In this document: piece after piece, positions 31,520 to 41,290 of the stretch | Position numbering within the stretch: position 1 is the stretch's first letter | Layout of the letters: each line of letters begins with the position of its first letter | NCBI GenBank assembly: GCA_963834385.1 | Contig: CAWIBO010000002.1 | Coordinates: 672,001-736,000, forward strand | DNA length: 64,000 nt | Origin: an uncultured Verrucomicrobiae bacterium | Lineage (GTDB): Bacteria > Verrucomicrobiota > Verrucomicrobiia > Chthoniobacterales > UBA10450 | Direction of reading: 5' to 3' | Notes under the pieces: generated by a model | The model's database searches: none | Seen by the model: the letters and a program-made list of their open reading frames with translations, nothing else | What the model was told of the DNA's origin: nothing | Translations under genes and position numbers: made by a program

Positions 31520-33076
31520 TTATGACGCTGTAAAAAACGGTGCACTTCCTCGGCCAGTTTCGGTCCAATCCCCTCGGTCGACGCAATCTGCTCCACGCTC
31601 GCCTTGCGCAGGCGGCTGACCGAGCCAAACTGCCGCAACAGCAGGTTCTTGCGGTTCTGGCTTACCCCAGGGCAATCATCCAGCACACTCTCGCCGATTC
31701 GTTTTTTCATCAACAACTGATGATAGGTGTTGGCAAACCGGTGGGCCTCGTCCCGGATCCGCTGCAATAGCCGCAGCGCCCCGGAATCCGGCGGCAGGAC
31801 CAGCGGCAGCGCCCGGCCCGGCCGGTAGATTTCCTCGTACTCCTTGGCCAGACCAATGATCGGGAGATCATGCAAACCGAGCCGTTGCAGCTCCCGGCAG
31901 GCCGAGGAGAGCTGCCCTTTCCCGCCATCGACAATGACAAGGTCGGGCAGCCGGACGGCGACAAACTTGTCCTCGCGCGCGGCGCGGGCCAGCGCTTCCG
32001 CCGGGTTTTCCTGCGAAAACTCCGCCGCGCCCGGGTTTTCCGCGCGCGCCTGCAGGAGGACGCGCGCATAACGGCGGCGGACCACCTCGGCCATGCTGGC
32101 AAAGTCGTCCTGACCTTCCACCGACCGGATCCGGTAGCGCCGGTAATTGTTCTTGTCCGGAACACCGTTCCGGAAAGAGACCATCGAGGCCACGACATGC
32201 GTGGTGGAAATATTGGAGATGTCGAAACATTCCATCACCACCGGCCGGTCCGGCAACTGGAGTGCATCGGCCAGGCCGCGCACGTCCGCCTCCGGATCGA
32301 TCGTGCTCGGGAGGGAGTGGCGGGTGAAGCGTCGCATCGGTTTCGTCGTGCGCTTGAGATCCTCCAGCATGTTGCGCAGGTCGGCCGCCTTCTCGAAGTC
32401 GAGCTTTTCCGCCGCCTTGCGCATCTCCTCCTCGAGCGACCCGATCATTTCGCGTGAGTGGCCTTCGAGGAAATCACACGCCTGATCGACCCGTTCGCGG
32501 TACTGCTCCGCGGTCGTTTCTCCCAGGCGCATCGGGACCTGGTAGGTGGACGACTTCAGCTCCCGCGCGGTGGGTGAACCGCGGCCGAAGGTCAAAACCC
32601 CAAAGCGTTTGCGCATGAAGGAAAGCGTCTGCCGCAGGGCCCCCGCGTGGGCGTAAGGGCCGAAGTAACGCGCCCTGTCGTCCTTTTTGAAACGGGCCAG
32701 GCGGAAACGCGGGCCATTCCTCCTGCAGATCGACTTTCACCAGCAGGAAGCGTTTGTCGTCGCGGAAGGAAACGTTGTAGCGCGGGCGATATTCCTTGAT
32801 CAACCGCCCCTCAAGCAAAAGCGATTCCGCTTCGCTCTGCACCGTGTGCGTCTCGAAATCCCAGACCGCCTCCAGCAGGGCCCGCGTCTTCAGGTCGGCC
32901 TGGGCCATCCGCGAAGGCATGAAATAAGAGCCGACCCGCTTGCGGAGGTCCCGCGCCTTCCCCACGTAGATGACGCGATTGAATCGGTCACGCATGAGAT
33001 AAACACCGGGCTTGTGCGGAACCTCGTGCACCTTCCGGGCGAGATCCGGTTTTTCCTGGCGGGCGGGGACGGGCAT
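31516..33076 (-). CDS. uvrC: Excinuclease ABC subunit C (frameshift near 32712)
   Basis: GVYLM...IYVGKA GIY-YIG; UVR helix; ECFDISN, DDFASM, VDGGKGQL, RDEAHRFA; HhH tail. Confidence 0.95.
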
Positions 33077-33140
33077 ACGGGCGCGGGAAACGTCCGCACC
33101 CCGGCCGCCAAATGCAACCTCGCACCGGCCCGCGGCGCGC

Positions 33141-33349
33141 TCAGGCTGTCCGGCGCCGCGCGAGTGCCGAACTGATCATCATCAGCTCGGTCACGTTCTT
33201 GGGGGTTTGAAGTCCCACCAACCGCTTCATCCCCTCCAGCACCGGGACCGCCGGGCAGGCCGATTGTTGCATGAGATGAAAGCGTCCCTCGTAACGTGAA
33301 TGCGGACGACAATGCCGGCGATGCAAGCGACAGGAATGGACCAGCTCAT
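33141..33349 (-). pseudogene. Collapsed remnant of a site-2 protease (M50)-CBS gene
   Basis: MSWSIPVACIAGIVVRIHVT (M50-like N-terminus) joined out of frame to FHLMQQSACPAVPVLEGMKRLVGLQTPKNVTELMMISSAL (CBS-like C-terminus). Confidence 0.6.
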
Positions 33350-33417
33350 ACTTGTATGACGATACGCAGCCCGGCCCGCCTCACGATTTCTTCACCCCCG
33401 TCGACGGCTGGGCGCCG

Positions 33418-34503
33418 ATGAGCACACTCTATGATGTCCTCGTCGTCGGGGGCGGTCCCGCCGGCAGCAGTTGCGCCGCGTTTTCCGCCGCGGCCGGCCT
33501 CCGCACCCTTCTCGTCGAACGGGAAAAATTTCCGCGCGAAAAGGTCTGCGGCGATTGCCTTAATCCGTCGGTCTGGCCGGTGCTGGACCGGCTCGATCTT
33601 TCCGCGCGCGTCCGCGCGCTCCCCCACGCCCGGCTCAGCACCGTCCGCTTTGTCCCGGTCCGTGGCGAACCGGCCGAGCTGCCGCTTCCGCCCGGGCCAA
33701 CCGGTGAAATCGCCGTGAAACGCAGTCTGCTCGACGCACTGCTTCTCGCCCGGGCCGGCGCCCTGGGGGCCGAACTCCTCACAGAAACGAGCGTCACGGC
33801 TGTGGCCCGATCGTCCGATCATTGGGAGATCGCAACGAACCAGGGAAAGTTCGCCGCCCGTCATCTGGTCGCGGCCGACGGACGAAACTCGACCGTGGCC
33901 CGGCTTTGCGGGCTGCTCCCGCGCATGACCCGGGAACGGCTCGGCTGGCAGACTCACGTTCCCCTTCCGCCCGCCTTCGGACAACGGGTGGTGCTGCAAC
34001 TGCTCCCCTGGGGTTACTCCGGTCAGGCGCCGGTGAACGAGCGTGAATTGAATCTCTGCCTCGTCGGACGTCCGCGCCATGCCGCCGCCCTCAAAGCCTG
34101 GGCGCACCGGGAATTTCATCTGGCGGACGATCACCCGTGGAGAACCATCACGCCGCTGAGCCGCGCCCCCATTTCCCCGGTGCACGAGGGGCTTTTTCTC
34201 GTGGGAGACGCAGCGCGCGTGGTGGAGCCCTTCACGGGCGAAGGAATTTTTTATGCCCTTCGTTCCGGCGAATTGGCAGCCACGGCCATCCGGCGGATGA
34301 AGGCCGGGGAGAAAAACGGGGCCGCGCAACAGTTCCTCGAAAGCCATCGCGCCATCTACCAGGGTCGCCTCTGGATCAATAAGCTGGCGCGTTTCTCCGT
34401 GCTCTATCCGCGCACCGCCTCGTTCTTTTTCAACGCGCGGCCGCTGCGGAACCGCCTGCTGCAATCGCTGCTGGCCCGTGTCACCGCCGCACCCGCCCGT
34501 TAG
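33418..34503 (+). CDS. FAD-dependent oxidoreductase, geranylgeranyl reductase family
   Basis: VVGGGPAG, FPREKVCG, AADGRNS, VGDAA..VEPFTGEGI. Confidence 0.9.
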   Translation: MSTLYDVLVVGGGPAGSSCAAFSAAAGLRTLLVEREKFPREKVCGDCLNPSVWPVLDRLDLSARVRALPHARLSTVRFVPVRGEPAELPLPPGPTGEIAVKRSLLDALLLARAGALGAELLTETSVTAVARSSDHWEIATNQGKFAARHLVAADGRNSTVARLCGLLPRMTRERLGWQTHVPLPPAFGQRVVLQLLPWGYSGQAPVNERELNLCLVGRPRHAAALKAWAHREFHLADDHPWRTITPLSRAPISPVHEGLFLVGDAARVVEPFTGEGIFYALRSGELAATAIRRMKAGEKNGAAQQFLESHRAIYQGRLWINKLARFSVLYPRTASFFFNARPLRNRLLQSLLARVTAAPAR

Positions 34504-34538
34504 CGCGGCGGCGCGCCGCTAGATACCGGGGCTCCGCT

Positions 34539-35063
34539 TCAGCGCGGGCGAAAACGGGGGCCGCGGCCGGTCGATTCCTCGTAACCGACCCCGACGCTGA
34601 TGCTGAACTTCTCGTTGCCGACTTCGCCCAGGATATAGCCCGCCTTCACTTCCCGGTCGAACTTGCTGCCGATGGAACGACCGTAGAGAACACCGACCTC
34701 CCCCCGGGAGTAAACACGGTCGGTCTCGGTCAAAACCGCGCCGCTTTCCACCTCCCGATCGGTGACCGATTTGAAATCGCCCGCCTCCGGCACCGGGTCG
34801 ACCGCCGTGACTTCCGGCAGGGCGTAGGGCGCGGGCGCTGCCATCCAGGCCAGGGAAACTGGGAAAGAGAATGCGCGATTACTGGCGAGAGCCAGCGATG
34901 AAAGCCCGCCGTAAAGGTCGGCCACCGTGCGTCCGGGCTGGCTTACGGCGAGCAGGCTGGTTGAACCGCGAGCGTGGCCGAGAGAAAGGGTCGTTTCCTG
35001 CGCCGGAAGAGACGCGGCCAGGAGGAAGGACAAGGCCAGGCCGGTCAAAACAACCTTCGTCAT
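34539..35063 (-). CDS. Secreted hypothetical protein
   Basis: Signal peptide; C-terminal beta-strand-like GEVGVLYG...GYILGEVG...ISVGVGYEE. Confidence 0.65.
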   Translation of the reverse strand: MTKVVLTGLALSFLLAASLPAQETTLSLGHARGSTSLLAVSQPGRTVADLYGGLSSLALASNRAFSFPVSLAWMAAPAPYALPEVTAVDPVPEAGDFKSVTDREVESGAVLTETDRVYSRGEVGVLYGRSIGSKFDREVKAGYILGEVGNEKFSISVGVGYEESTGRGPRFRPR

Positions 35064-35115
35064 AGCGGATAAATGCACAGCCAAACCGCCTGCGGCGCCA
35101 GCGAAATCTTCAGGC

Positions 35116-36000
35116 TCACTCCCCGGCGAAGGCGCGGCAGGCCTTGACCGTGTTGCTCATCAGCATGGCGATGGTCATCGGGCCGACCCCCCCGGGAACC
35201 GGCGTGATCGCCGACGCTTTTGCGCTCACTTCCTCGAAGGCGACATCTCCGACAAGGCGATGGCCTTTCGGCGCCGTCGCGTCGCTGACCCGGTTGATCC
35301 CGACATCGAGCACGACCGCTCCCTCGCGCACATGTTCGGCCCGGACAAAACCGGCCTGGCCAATGGCCGCGACGAGGATATCAGCGGAGGCGGTGATCTC
35401 GGGAAGATTTCGCGTGCGCGAGTGCGCCACGGTCACGGTGGCGTCGCCCCCCGGCCCTTTTTGCATGAGAAGAAGGGCGAGCGGTTTGCCGACGATCATG
35501 CTGCGTCCGAGCACAACGACGTGGGCGCCCGCGGTCTCCACGCCGCTCTCGAGGAGCAGGCGCTGGCAGCCGAGCGGGGTGCAGGGAACAAAGCCGGCCG
35601 GATCGCCCAGCGCCAGCCGGGCCACATTCGCGGGATGAAACCCATCCACGTCCTTGCGCGGATCGAGGGCGCGCACGATCGCAACCTCGTCAATATGCCG
35701 CGGCGGGGGCGACTGCACGAGGATGCCATGAATCTTGTCGTCGCGATTCAATTCCTCGATGCGCGCCAGCAGCGCGGCCTGGGTGGTCTCAGCCGGCAGC
35801 TCGAGCTTGACCGAGTGCAGCCCAAGCTCCCGGCACATCCTGTCCTTGGCTCGCACATAGGACCGCGAGGCCGGGTCGTCGCCCACCAGGACCACGGCCA
35901 GGCCGGGTTGATGCCCCCGCGCCGAGAGCCGGGCGACTTCCTGCCGCAGACCGGCGTAGACCTTCTCCGCGATTTCCCGGCCATCAATCAAACGCGCCAT
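35116..36000 (-). CDS. folD: Bifunctional methylenetetrahydrofolate dehydrogenase/cyclohydrolase
   Basis: [32 protein letters not shown]. Confidence 0.97.
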   Translation of the reverse strand: MARLIDGREIAEKVYAGLRQEVARLSARGHQPGLAVVLVGDDPASRSYVRAKDRMCRELGLHSVKLELPAETTQAALLARIEELNRDDKIHGILVQSPPPRHIDEVAIVRALDPRKDVDGFHPANVARLALGDPAGFVPCTPLGCQRLLLESGVETAGAHVVVLGRSMIVGKPLALLLMQKGPGGDATVTVAHSRTRNLPEITASADILVAAIGQAGFVRAEHVREGAVVLDVGINRVSDATAPKGHRLVGDVAFEEVSAKASAITPVPGGVGPMTIAMLMSNTVKACRAFAGE

Positions 36001-36047
36001 CTTGATCGCGAAGCTGACGCGGGAATACCACCGCGGTCAACGCCCAA

Positions 36048-36692
36048 TCAGCGGCGTTCGGTCAGGGCCAGGAGCGTGTTCTGCAGCCGCAGACGTTCCT
36101 GCTCGAATTGCTCGTCCGTCGCGCTCGGCCGGACGGCGTGCGGCTCGGCAAAAACCACCCGGACACGCGAGAACGGGCGCGGAATCATGAATCCGTCCCA
36201 CGAGCCCAGGCGCCAGCAGCTCGAGTATTCGATGCCGATCGGGATCACGGCCGCGCCCGACTTTTGCGCGAGGAGGATGATTCCCGGCCCCATCTCGTAG
36301 ACGGGACCGCGCGGACCGTCCGGGGTGAAAACGACGTCGCGCCCGGCGGCGAGGGTATCGGCCAGCTGCAACATGGCGGTGGCCCCCTTGCGCGAACTGG
36401 AGCCGCGGACCACGTCGAACCCGAAACGTTCCACCAGGTCGGCGATCAGGGCACCGTCCCGGCTCGGGCTGATCAGGGCCGCGCCCCGGCGCTGCGGCAC
36501 GAAGCGGCGAAGCACCAGCGGCGCCACCAGAAGGCGGTTATGCCAGAGAGCGCCAATGTAGGCGCGAGTCTGCGGCACATTCCGCACCCCGGCGCGATCA
36601 TCCAGCTCGACGCGAAGCGTGCGCGCAAGCCCCCGGATCAGCCAGTAGCCGAGGGCCACCAGCCAGCGGGCAGACCGGCCTTCGATCTTCAC
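36048..36692 (-). CDS. DUF374/lysophospholipid acyltransferase family protein
   Basis: WHNR, S.SRDG, VRGSSSR, TPDGPRGP, SWD.F.IP.PF. Confidence 0.88.
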   Translation of the reverse strand: MKIEGRSARWLVALGYWLIRGLARTLRVELDDRAGVRNVPQTRAYIGALWHNRLLVAPLVLRRFVPQRRGAALISPSRDGALIADLVERFGFDVVRGSSSRKGATAMLQLADTLAAGRDVVFTPDGPRGPVYEMGPGIILLAQKSGAAVIPIGIEYSSCWRLGSWDGFMIPRPFSRVRVVFAEPHAVRPSATDEQFEQERLRLQNTLLALTERR

Positions 36693-37252
36693 GCGCCGGG
36701 CGAGGTTGAATTTTTCCAGCGAAAAGCACGGGGCGCGGGCAGCCCAAGCTGGTCGAGGATCCGCCAGACCACCGTGTCCACGACATCGTTGACGGACTGC
36801 GGCCGCGAATAGAAGGAAGGGATCGCGGGCAGAACCGTCGCCCCCGCCTCGAGCAGCGCCACGACGTTGCGCGCATGGATCAGGCTCCAGGGCGTTTCGC
36901 GCGCCACCACGATCAAGCGGCGCCGTTCCTTCAGGAAAACGTCGGCCGCCCGCAGCAGGGCCGTGTCCCCCGTGCCGGTGGCGATGCGGCCGAGCGTGGC
37001 CATGGAACAGGGAACAATGACCATGGCATCAAACCGGGAGGAACCGCTGACATAAGGGACATTGAGGTCACGCTCGGGATGTTCGTGAAATCCCGCGGGG
37101 ATGGCGAACCCGTCCACTTCCTCCGCCGCGACCTGGCGCGCGTGGGTGCTCATGATGACGTGCACCTCGTGCGCCGCCGGGTCGATCGCCTGGAGCAGCC
37201 GCTGAAAATAGATGGTGCCGCTGGCGCCGGTCGCGGCAAGGACGAGTTTCAT
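36689..37252 (-). CDS. ubiX: Flavin prenyltransferase UbiX
   Basis: TGASG, SGS, PCSMATL, RAADVFLKE, RETP, PSFY..P. Confidence 0.95.
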   Translation of the reverse strand: MKLVLAATGASGTIYFQRLLQAIDPAAHEVHVIMSTHARQVAAEEVDGFAIPAGFHEHPERDLNVPYVSGSSRFDAMVIVPCSMATLGRIATGTGDTALLRAADVFLKERRRLIVVARETPWSLIHARNVVALLEAGATVLPAIPSFYSRPQSVNDVVDTVVWRILDQLGLPAPRAFRWKNSTSPGA

Positions 37253-37399
37253 CGCGCTTACAGAATCACAATAGCGGCGCCGAAACTAGCAGTTCCCCGC
37301 CTTTCTCGCCCCGGGACGACGGAGTCCTTCCCTGGTTCCCACCCGGCCACGGCGCCGGCGAAGGTTGAACGAAACGGCAATCGCGGCGACAGATCATTC

Positions 37400-37792
37400 A
37401 TGGTGAAAAAGCTCCTGCACACGCGCTACCGGGTGACCGACCTCGAGAAGACGGTCTCGTTTTACAAGGAGGTGCTCGGTCTCGAGGAAATTCGGCGCCA
37501 TACCTCGGGGCGCGGTTCCCAGCTTGTTTTTCTGCGCGCACCCGGCAGTGAGGAGGAAATCGAGCTCTGTAAATACGACGCCAGCGGGCCGGTCGTGGTC
37601 GGGCCTGACCTGACCCACCTCGCTTTCCTGGTCGAGGACATGGACGAATTCGCCCGGCACGCCGCGGCCAAGGGTTATCCTCTCTCCGACGGGCCCCACC
37701 CGAACGGAAAAGGGGGCGCGATTGCCTTCATCGACGCGCCGGAAGGCTACGAAGTGGAACTGATCCAGCGCGGCGAGAATTCCGCCGCTTGA
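37400..37792 (+). CDS. VOC family protein (lactoylglutathione lyase-like)
   Basis: LHTRYRV.DLE....FY..VLG, HLAF.V, FI.APEGY.VELI. Confidence 0.88.
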   Translation: MVKKLLHTRYRVTDLEKTVSFYKEVLGLEEIRRHTSGRGSQLVFLRAPGSEEEIELCKYDASGPVVVGPDLTHLAFLVEDMDEFARHAAAKGYPLSDGPHPNGKGGAIAFIDAPEGYEVELIQRGENSAA

Positions 37793-37823
37793 TCTTCCGG
37801 GCTGAGCACAAATAGGTTTTATC

Positions 37824-38729
37824 GTGTTTTCCTTCCCCCGCCTTTTTCTTTTTTCGCTGCGCTGGCTTCTCGTCCTCGCGCTCGGCCTCGGCAGCGCCGA
37901 GGCCGCGACGAAGAAATCAAAGAAACCCACCGTCCGGCGGGCCGAGCCGGTCCTGACCGAGCCGACGCCGCCGCCCCGGCCTTCCGATCCTGGCCGCGCT
38001 CCCTCCACCCGCGCCGCGGCCGTCATCGTGGTCGACGCCACCACCGGCGAAGTGCTCTACGAGAAAAATGCCGACGAGCTGCGGCCGGCCGCGAGCACGC
38101 AAAAACTGCTCACCGGCCTGCTCGTGGCCGAGCGCGGTTACCTCGATGAACGCGTGGTGGTGCATCCGACCGACACCTACGCCGAGCCCTCGAAGCTCTA
38201 CATCAAGGCGGGCGACAGCTATCGCCGCCTTGAACTGCTGCGCGCGCTCCTGGTGAAAAGTTCCAACGATGTGGCCCGCTGCCTGGCGCGCGATCATTCC
38301 GGCAGCGTTGATCGCTTTGCCGCGGCCATGAACCGGCGCGCCCGCGAGCTGGGCGCCTTCAATTCGAATTTCGTCAACCCGAACGGGCTCCCCTCGCCGG
38401 GCCAATATTCCACCGCGCGCGATCTTGCCCGGATTGCGCGGGCGGCCTATGCCAACCCCACCATTCGCTCGATCGTGAAAATGCCCAAGATGGTTTTCCG
38501 TTTCGCCAACGGCCGCACCCGGGAACTGGAGAACACCAACAAGGTCCTGCGCCGGTTCGCCTACTGCAACGGGATGAAGACGGGTTACACCAACGCCGCC
38601 GGTTATTGTCTCATCTCCAGCGCCACCCGCCCGGGCGGCCGCGAAGTCATCGCGGTTGTCCTCGGCAACAGCAAAGCCAGCATTTGGAAGGATTCGGCCG
38701 CCCTGCTCGCCTGGGGTATCTGGTTGTAG
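37824..38729 (+). CDS. D-alanyl-D-alanine carboxypeptidase (peptidase S11)
   Basis: ASTQK (SxxK), SSND (SxN), NPNGL, KTGYT. Confidence 0.92.
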   Translation: MFSFPRLFLFSLRWLLVLALGLGSAEAATKKSKKPTVRRAEPVLTEPTPPPRPSDPGRAPSTRAAAVIVVDATTGEVLYEKNADELRPAASTQKLLTGLLVAERGYLDERVVVHPTDTYAEPSKLYIKAGDSYRRLELLRALLVKSSNDVARCLARDHSGSVDRFAAAMNRRARELGAFNSNFVNPNGLPSPGQYSTARDLARIARAAYANPTIRSIVKMPKMVFRFANGRTRELENTNKVLRRFAYCNGMKTGYTNAAGYCLISSATRPGGREVIAVVLGNSKASIWKDSAALLAWGIWL

Positions 38730-38744
38730 TGCGGCCCGCCTCTC

Positions 38745-39923
38745 ATGAGTGATCTGTTCCAGGAGCAACTGCAGGCGCTCCGGAGCCGGTCGCTCTACCG
38801 GAACCTCCGCGAAATGGGCAGCGCGCAGGGCCCCGAGGTCGAGTTCGTCGGCCAGCGCCTCGCCAATTTTTCCTCGAACGATTACCTCGGGCTCGCCGGC
38901 GATGCCCGCCTGCGCGAAGCCGCCGTCGCCGCCATCGGCGAGTTCGGTGTCGGCGCCGGGGCCGCCCGCCTCGTCAGCGGCACCCAGTCGCCGCACGTTC
39001 GTCTCGAACAAACGCTGGCCCGCTGGAAAGGCACTGCCGCCGCCCTCACCTTCAACAGCGGCTACGCCGCGGCCCTTGGGACCATCCCGGCCCTCGTCAC
39101 CAAGAACGATGTCATCCTCCTCGACAAGCTCAGTCATGCCTGCCTGATCGATGGCGCCCGCCTTAGCGGCGCGACCCTGCGCGTTTTTCCGCACAACCAC
39201 CTCGGCAAACTGGAGAGCCACCTGGAATGGGCCAAACGCGAGCGGCCCGAGGCCCGGCTCCTTGTCATCACCGAGTCGGTCTTTTCGATGGATGGCGACC
39301 GCGCTCCGCTCTCACCGCTGATCGAACTGAAGAACCGGTTCGGCGCCATGCTCCTCCTCGACGAGGCCCACGCCGTCGGCGTGATCGGCCCGCATGGACG
39401 CGGCCTGGCCGCCCATGAGGGACTGGAAAAGGAGGTCGATGTGCAGATGGGCACGTTGAGCAAGGCGCTCGGGGTCGCCGGCGGTTACATCTGCGGGTCG
39501 CGCCCCCTGATCGAGTGGCTGATCAATCGCGCCCGCGCCTTTGTCTTCTCCACCGCACCGCCCCCGGCGCTGGCCGCCGCCGCCACCGCCGCGCTCGAGC
39601 TGGTCGGTTCGGAAACCGGCGACGAACTCCGGCGGAAACTCTGGCAGAACATCGCGCTCTATCGTTCGATCGTGCCCGGGCCGCCCGCCCGCGCCGCCGA
39701 TGAAGGCAGCGCGATCCATCCCTGGATCGTGGGCGACGAACAGGCGGCGCTCGACCTCGGGCGCAGCTTGCGCACGGAAGGTTTTCTCGTCCCGGCGATT
39801 CGCTACCCGACGGTGGCGCGGGGCATGGCCCGTTTACGCATCACCCTCACGGCGGCGCACGAGGAAAAGAAAATCCGCGCGTTAGCCGAGGCTATCGCGC
39901 GGACCTCTCCGGGAAGAAAGTAA
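38745..39923 (+). CDS. bioF: 8-amino-7-oxononanoate synthase
   Basis: FSSNDYLG, HACLIDG, ESVFSMDG, DEAH, TLSKA, AIRYPTV. Confidence 0.92.
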   Translation: MSDLFQEQLQALRSRSLYRNLREMGSAQGPEVEFVGQRLANFSSNDYLGLAGDARLREAAVAAIGEFGVGAGAARLVSGTQSPHVRLEQTLARWKGTAAALTFNSGYAAALGTIPALVTKNDVILLDKLSHACLIDGARLSGATLRVFPHNHLGKLESHLEWAKRERPEARLLVITESVFSMDGDRAPLSPLIELKNRFGAMLLLDEAHAVGVIGPHGRGLAAHEGLEKEVDVQMGTLSKALGVAGGYICGSRPLIEWLINRARAFVFSTAPPPALAAAATAALELVGSETGDELRRKLWQNIALYRSIVPGPPARAADEGSAIHPWIVGDEQAALDLGRSLRTEGFLVPAIRYPTVARGMARLRITLTAAHEEKKIRALAEAIARTSPGRK

Positions 39924-39924
39924 G

Positions 39925-40185
39925 TTACAGGCTGGAGGCAGCCGAGTTCCGCAGGAGCGGAGAAGGAACTACGCCGGGGTTGCGCACCGGGTCGTTCGGG
40001 CCTTCCGCGGGAATGTCCCCCTCGGGGCCTTCCGCCGGCGGCATCGGCTCGGTTTCGGAACCTTCGCGGGCTTCCACCTGCGCCAGCATGCGCTGTTCAA
40101 GGGTTCCTTCTTTCGCGGTGCGCGTGGTCGAGCAGGAGCTCAGGGCAACCGCGGTCAGCAGGCAAAGCATCAGTTTCGCAATCAT
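39925..40185 (-). CDS. Small lipoprotein
   Basis: Lipobox ALSSC after hydrophobic signal; Pro/Glu-rich tail. Confidence 0.7.
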   Translation of the reverse strand: MIAKLMLCLLTAVALSSCSTTRTAKEGTLEQRMLAQVEAREGSETEPMPPAEGPEGDIPAEGPNDPVRNPGVVPSPLLRNSAASSL

Positions 40186-40309
40186 CGTGTGTTGTATCTC
40201 CTCGAAATGGGTTATCCGACGGTCTTTATAATTACTATATTTTATTTCGGAGTGGCAAGTACGTTTTTTGCTAAATCAAAAATGCGACCCAAAACAGCGA
40301 AATTCGCCC

Positions 40310-41182
40310 TTATCCCGGGCCAAACCGCCCCAGGATCGGCCGAAGCCGCTCCACCGTCTCCGCCGGCCATAGTTTCCGGTCGGTCACCAGGGCACTGTCG
40401 AGGGCCCGGTGCTCCGGCCAGTCCGGCGTTTCCGGGATCTGCGGGATCACCTCCGTCAGGATCTTTTTGGCCGTCTCGGCATTGGCCATGAGGTGGCCGA
40501 TCACCGCCTGGGCGGAGACCGCCTCCTCCTCCACCTTCCAGCAGTCGTAGTCGGTAATCATGGCCATGGTCGCAAGGGCGATCTCCGCCTCGCGCGCCAG
40601 CTTGGCCTCGGGGAGGTTGGTCATGCCGATGACATCGAAGCCGTGCCGGCGATTAAGTTCCGATTCCGCCCGGGTGGAAAACGCGGGCCCATCCATGTTC
40701 ACGTAGGTTCCGCCGTTGTGGACCTTGATTTCCAGGGTGCGCGCCGATTCCGCCAGGAGGTTGCGCAGGCTCGGGCTGATCGGGTCGGCAAATCCGATGT
40801 GCGCGGCAATGCCCCGTCCGAAGAAAGTGTGGTCGGCGCGCTGGCTGGTCCGGTCGTAGAACTGCGACGGCAGGAGGACGTCGCGAGGCGCGTATTTTTC
40901 CTGGAGACTGCCTACGGCGGTGACGCAGATGATCCAGCGGACGTTGAGCGAGCGCAGCGCCCAGATGTTGGCCCGATGATTCAGCTCATGCGGGAGGATC
41001 CGGTGGCCGCGCCCGTGCCGGGGCAGGAAATAGACGGGGCGACCGGAGAGGGTGCCCCCCATGATCGCGTCGGAGGGGGCGCCAAAGGGCGTTTCCACCG
41101 TTTGCTCCGAGGGATCAACCACTCCCTCCATCTGGTAAAGCCCGCTCCCGCCGATTATCCCGATAGCCGGTGTCTTATCCAT
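40310..41182 (-). CDS. mtnP: S-methyl-5'-thioadenosine phosphorylase
   Basis: IGIIGGSG, PRHGRGH, GPAFSTRAES, VIGMT, ITDYD. Confidence 0.95.
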   Translation of the reverse strand: MDKTPAIGIIGGSGLYQMEGVVDPSEQTVETPFGAPSDAIMGGTLSGRPVYFLPRHGRGHRILPHELNHRANIWALRSLNVRWIICVTAVGSLQEKYAPRDVLLPSQFYDRTSQRADHTFFGRGIAAHIGFADPISPSLRNLLAESARTLEIKVHNGGTYVNMDGPAFSTRAESELNRRHGFDVIGMTNLPEAKLAREAEIALATMAMITDYDCWKVEEEAVSAQAVIGHLMANAETAKKILTEVIPQIPETPDWPEHRALDSALVTDRKLWPAETVERLRPILGRFGPG

Positions 41183-41290
41183 GGCGTCGGCATTTAAGCG
41201 CAGAAAGGACGAACGGGAAGAAAATTAGCTTAAAGGGGTTGTGAGGGCGCGATGACACGGCCGTGAGCGCGTGTATGGTTTCCGCCGCCC

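Noticed and set aside
34501..34522. Short GC hairpin between convergent genes
   Set aside because: Imperfect stem with no T-tract; too weak to call a terminator.
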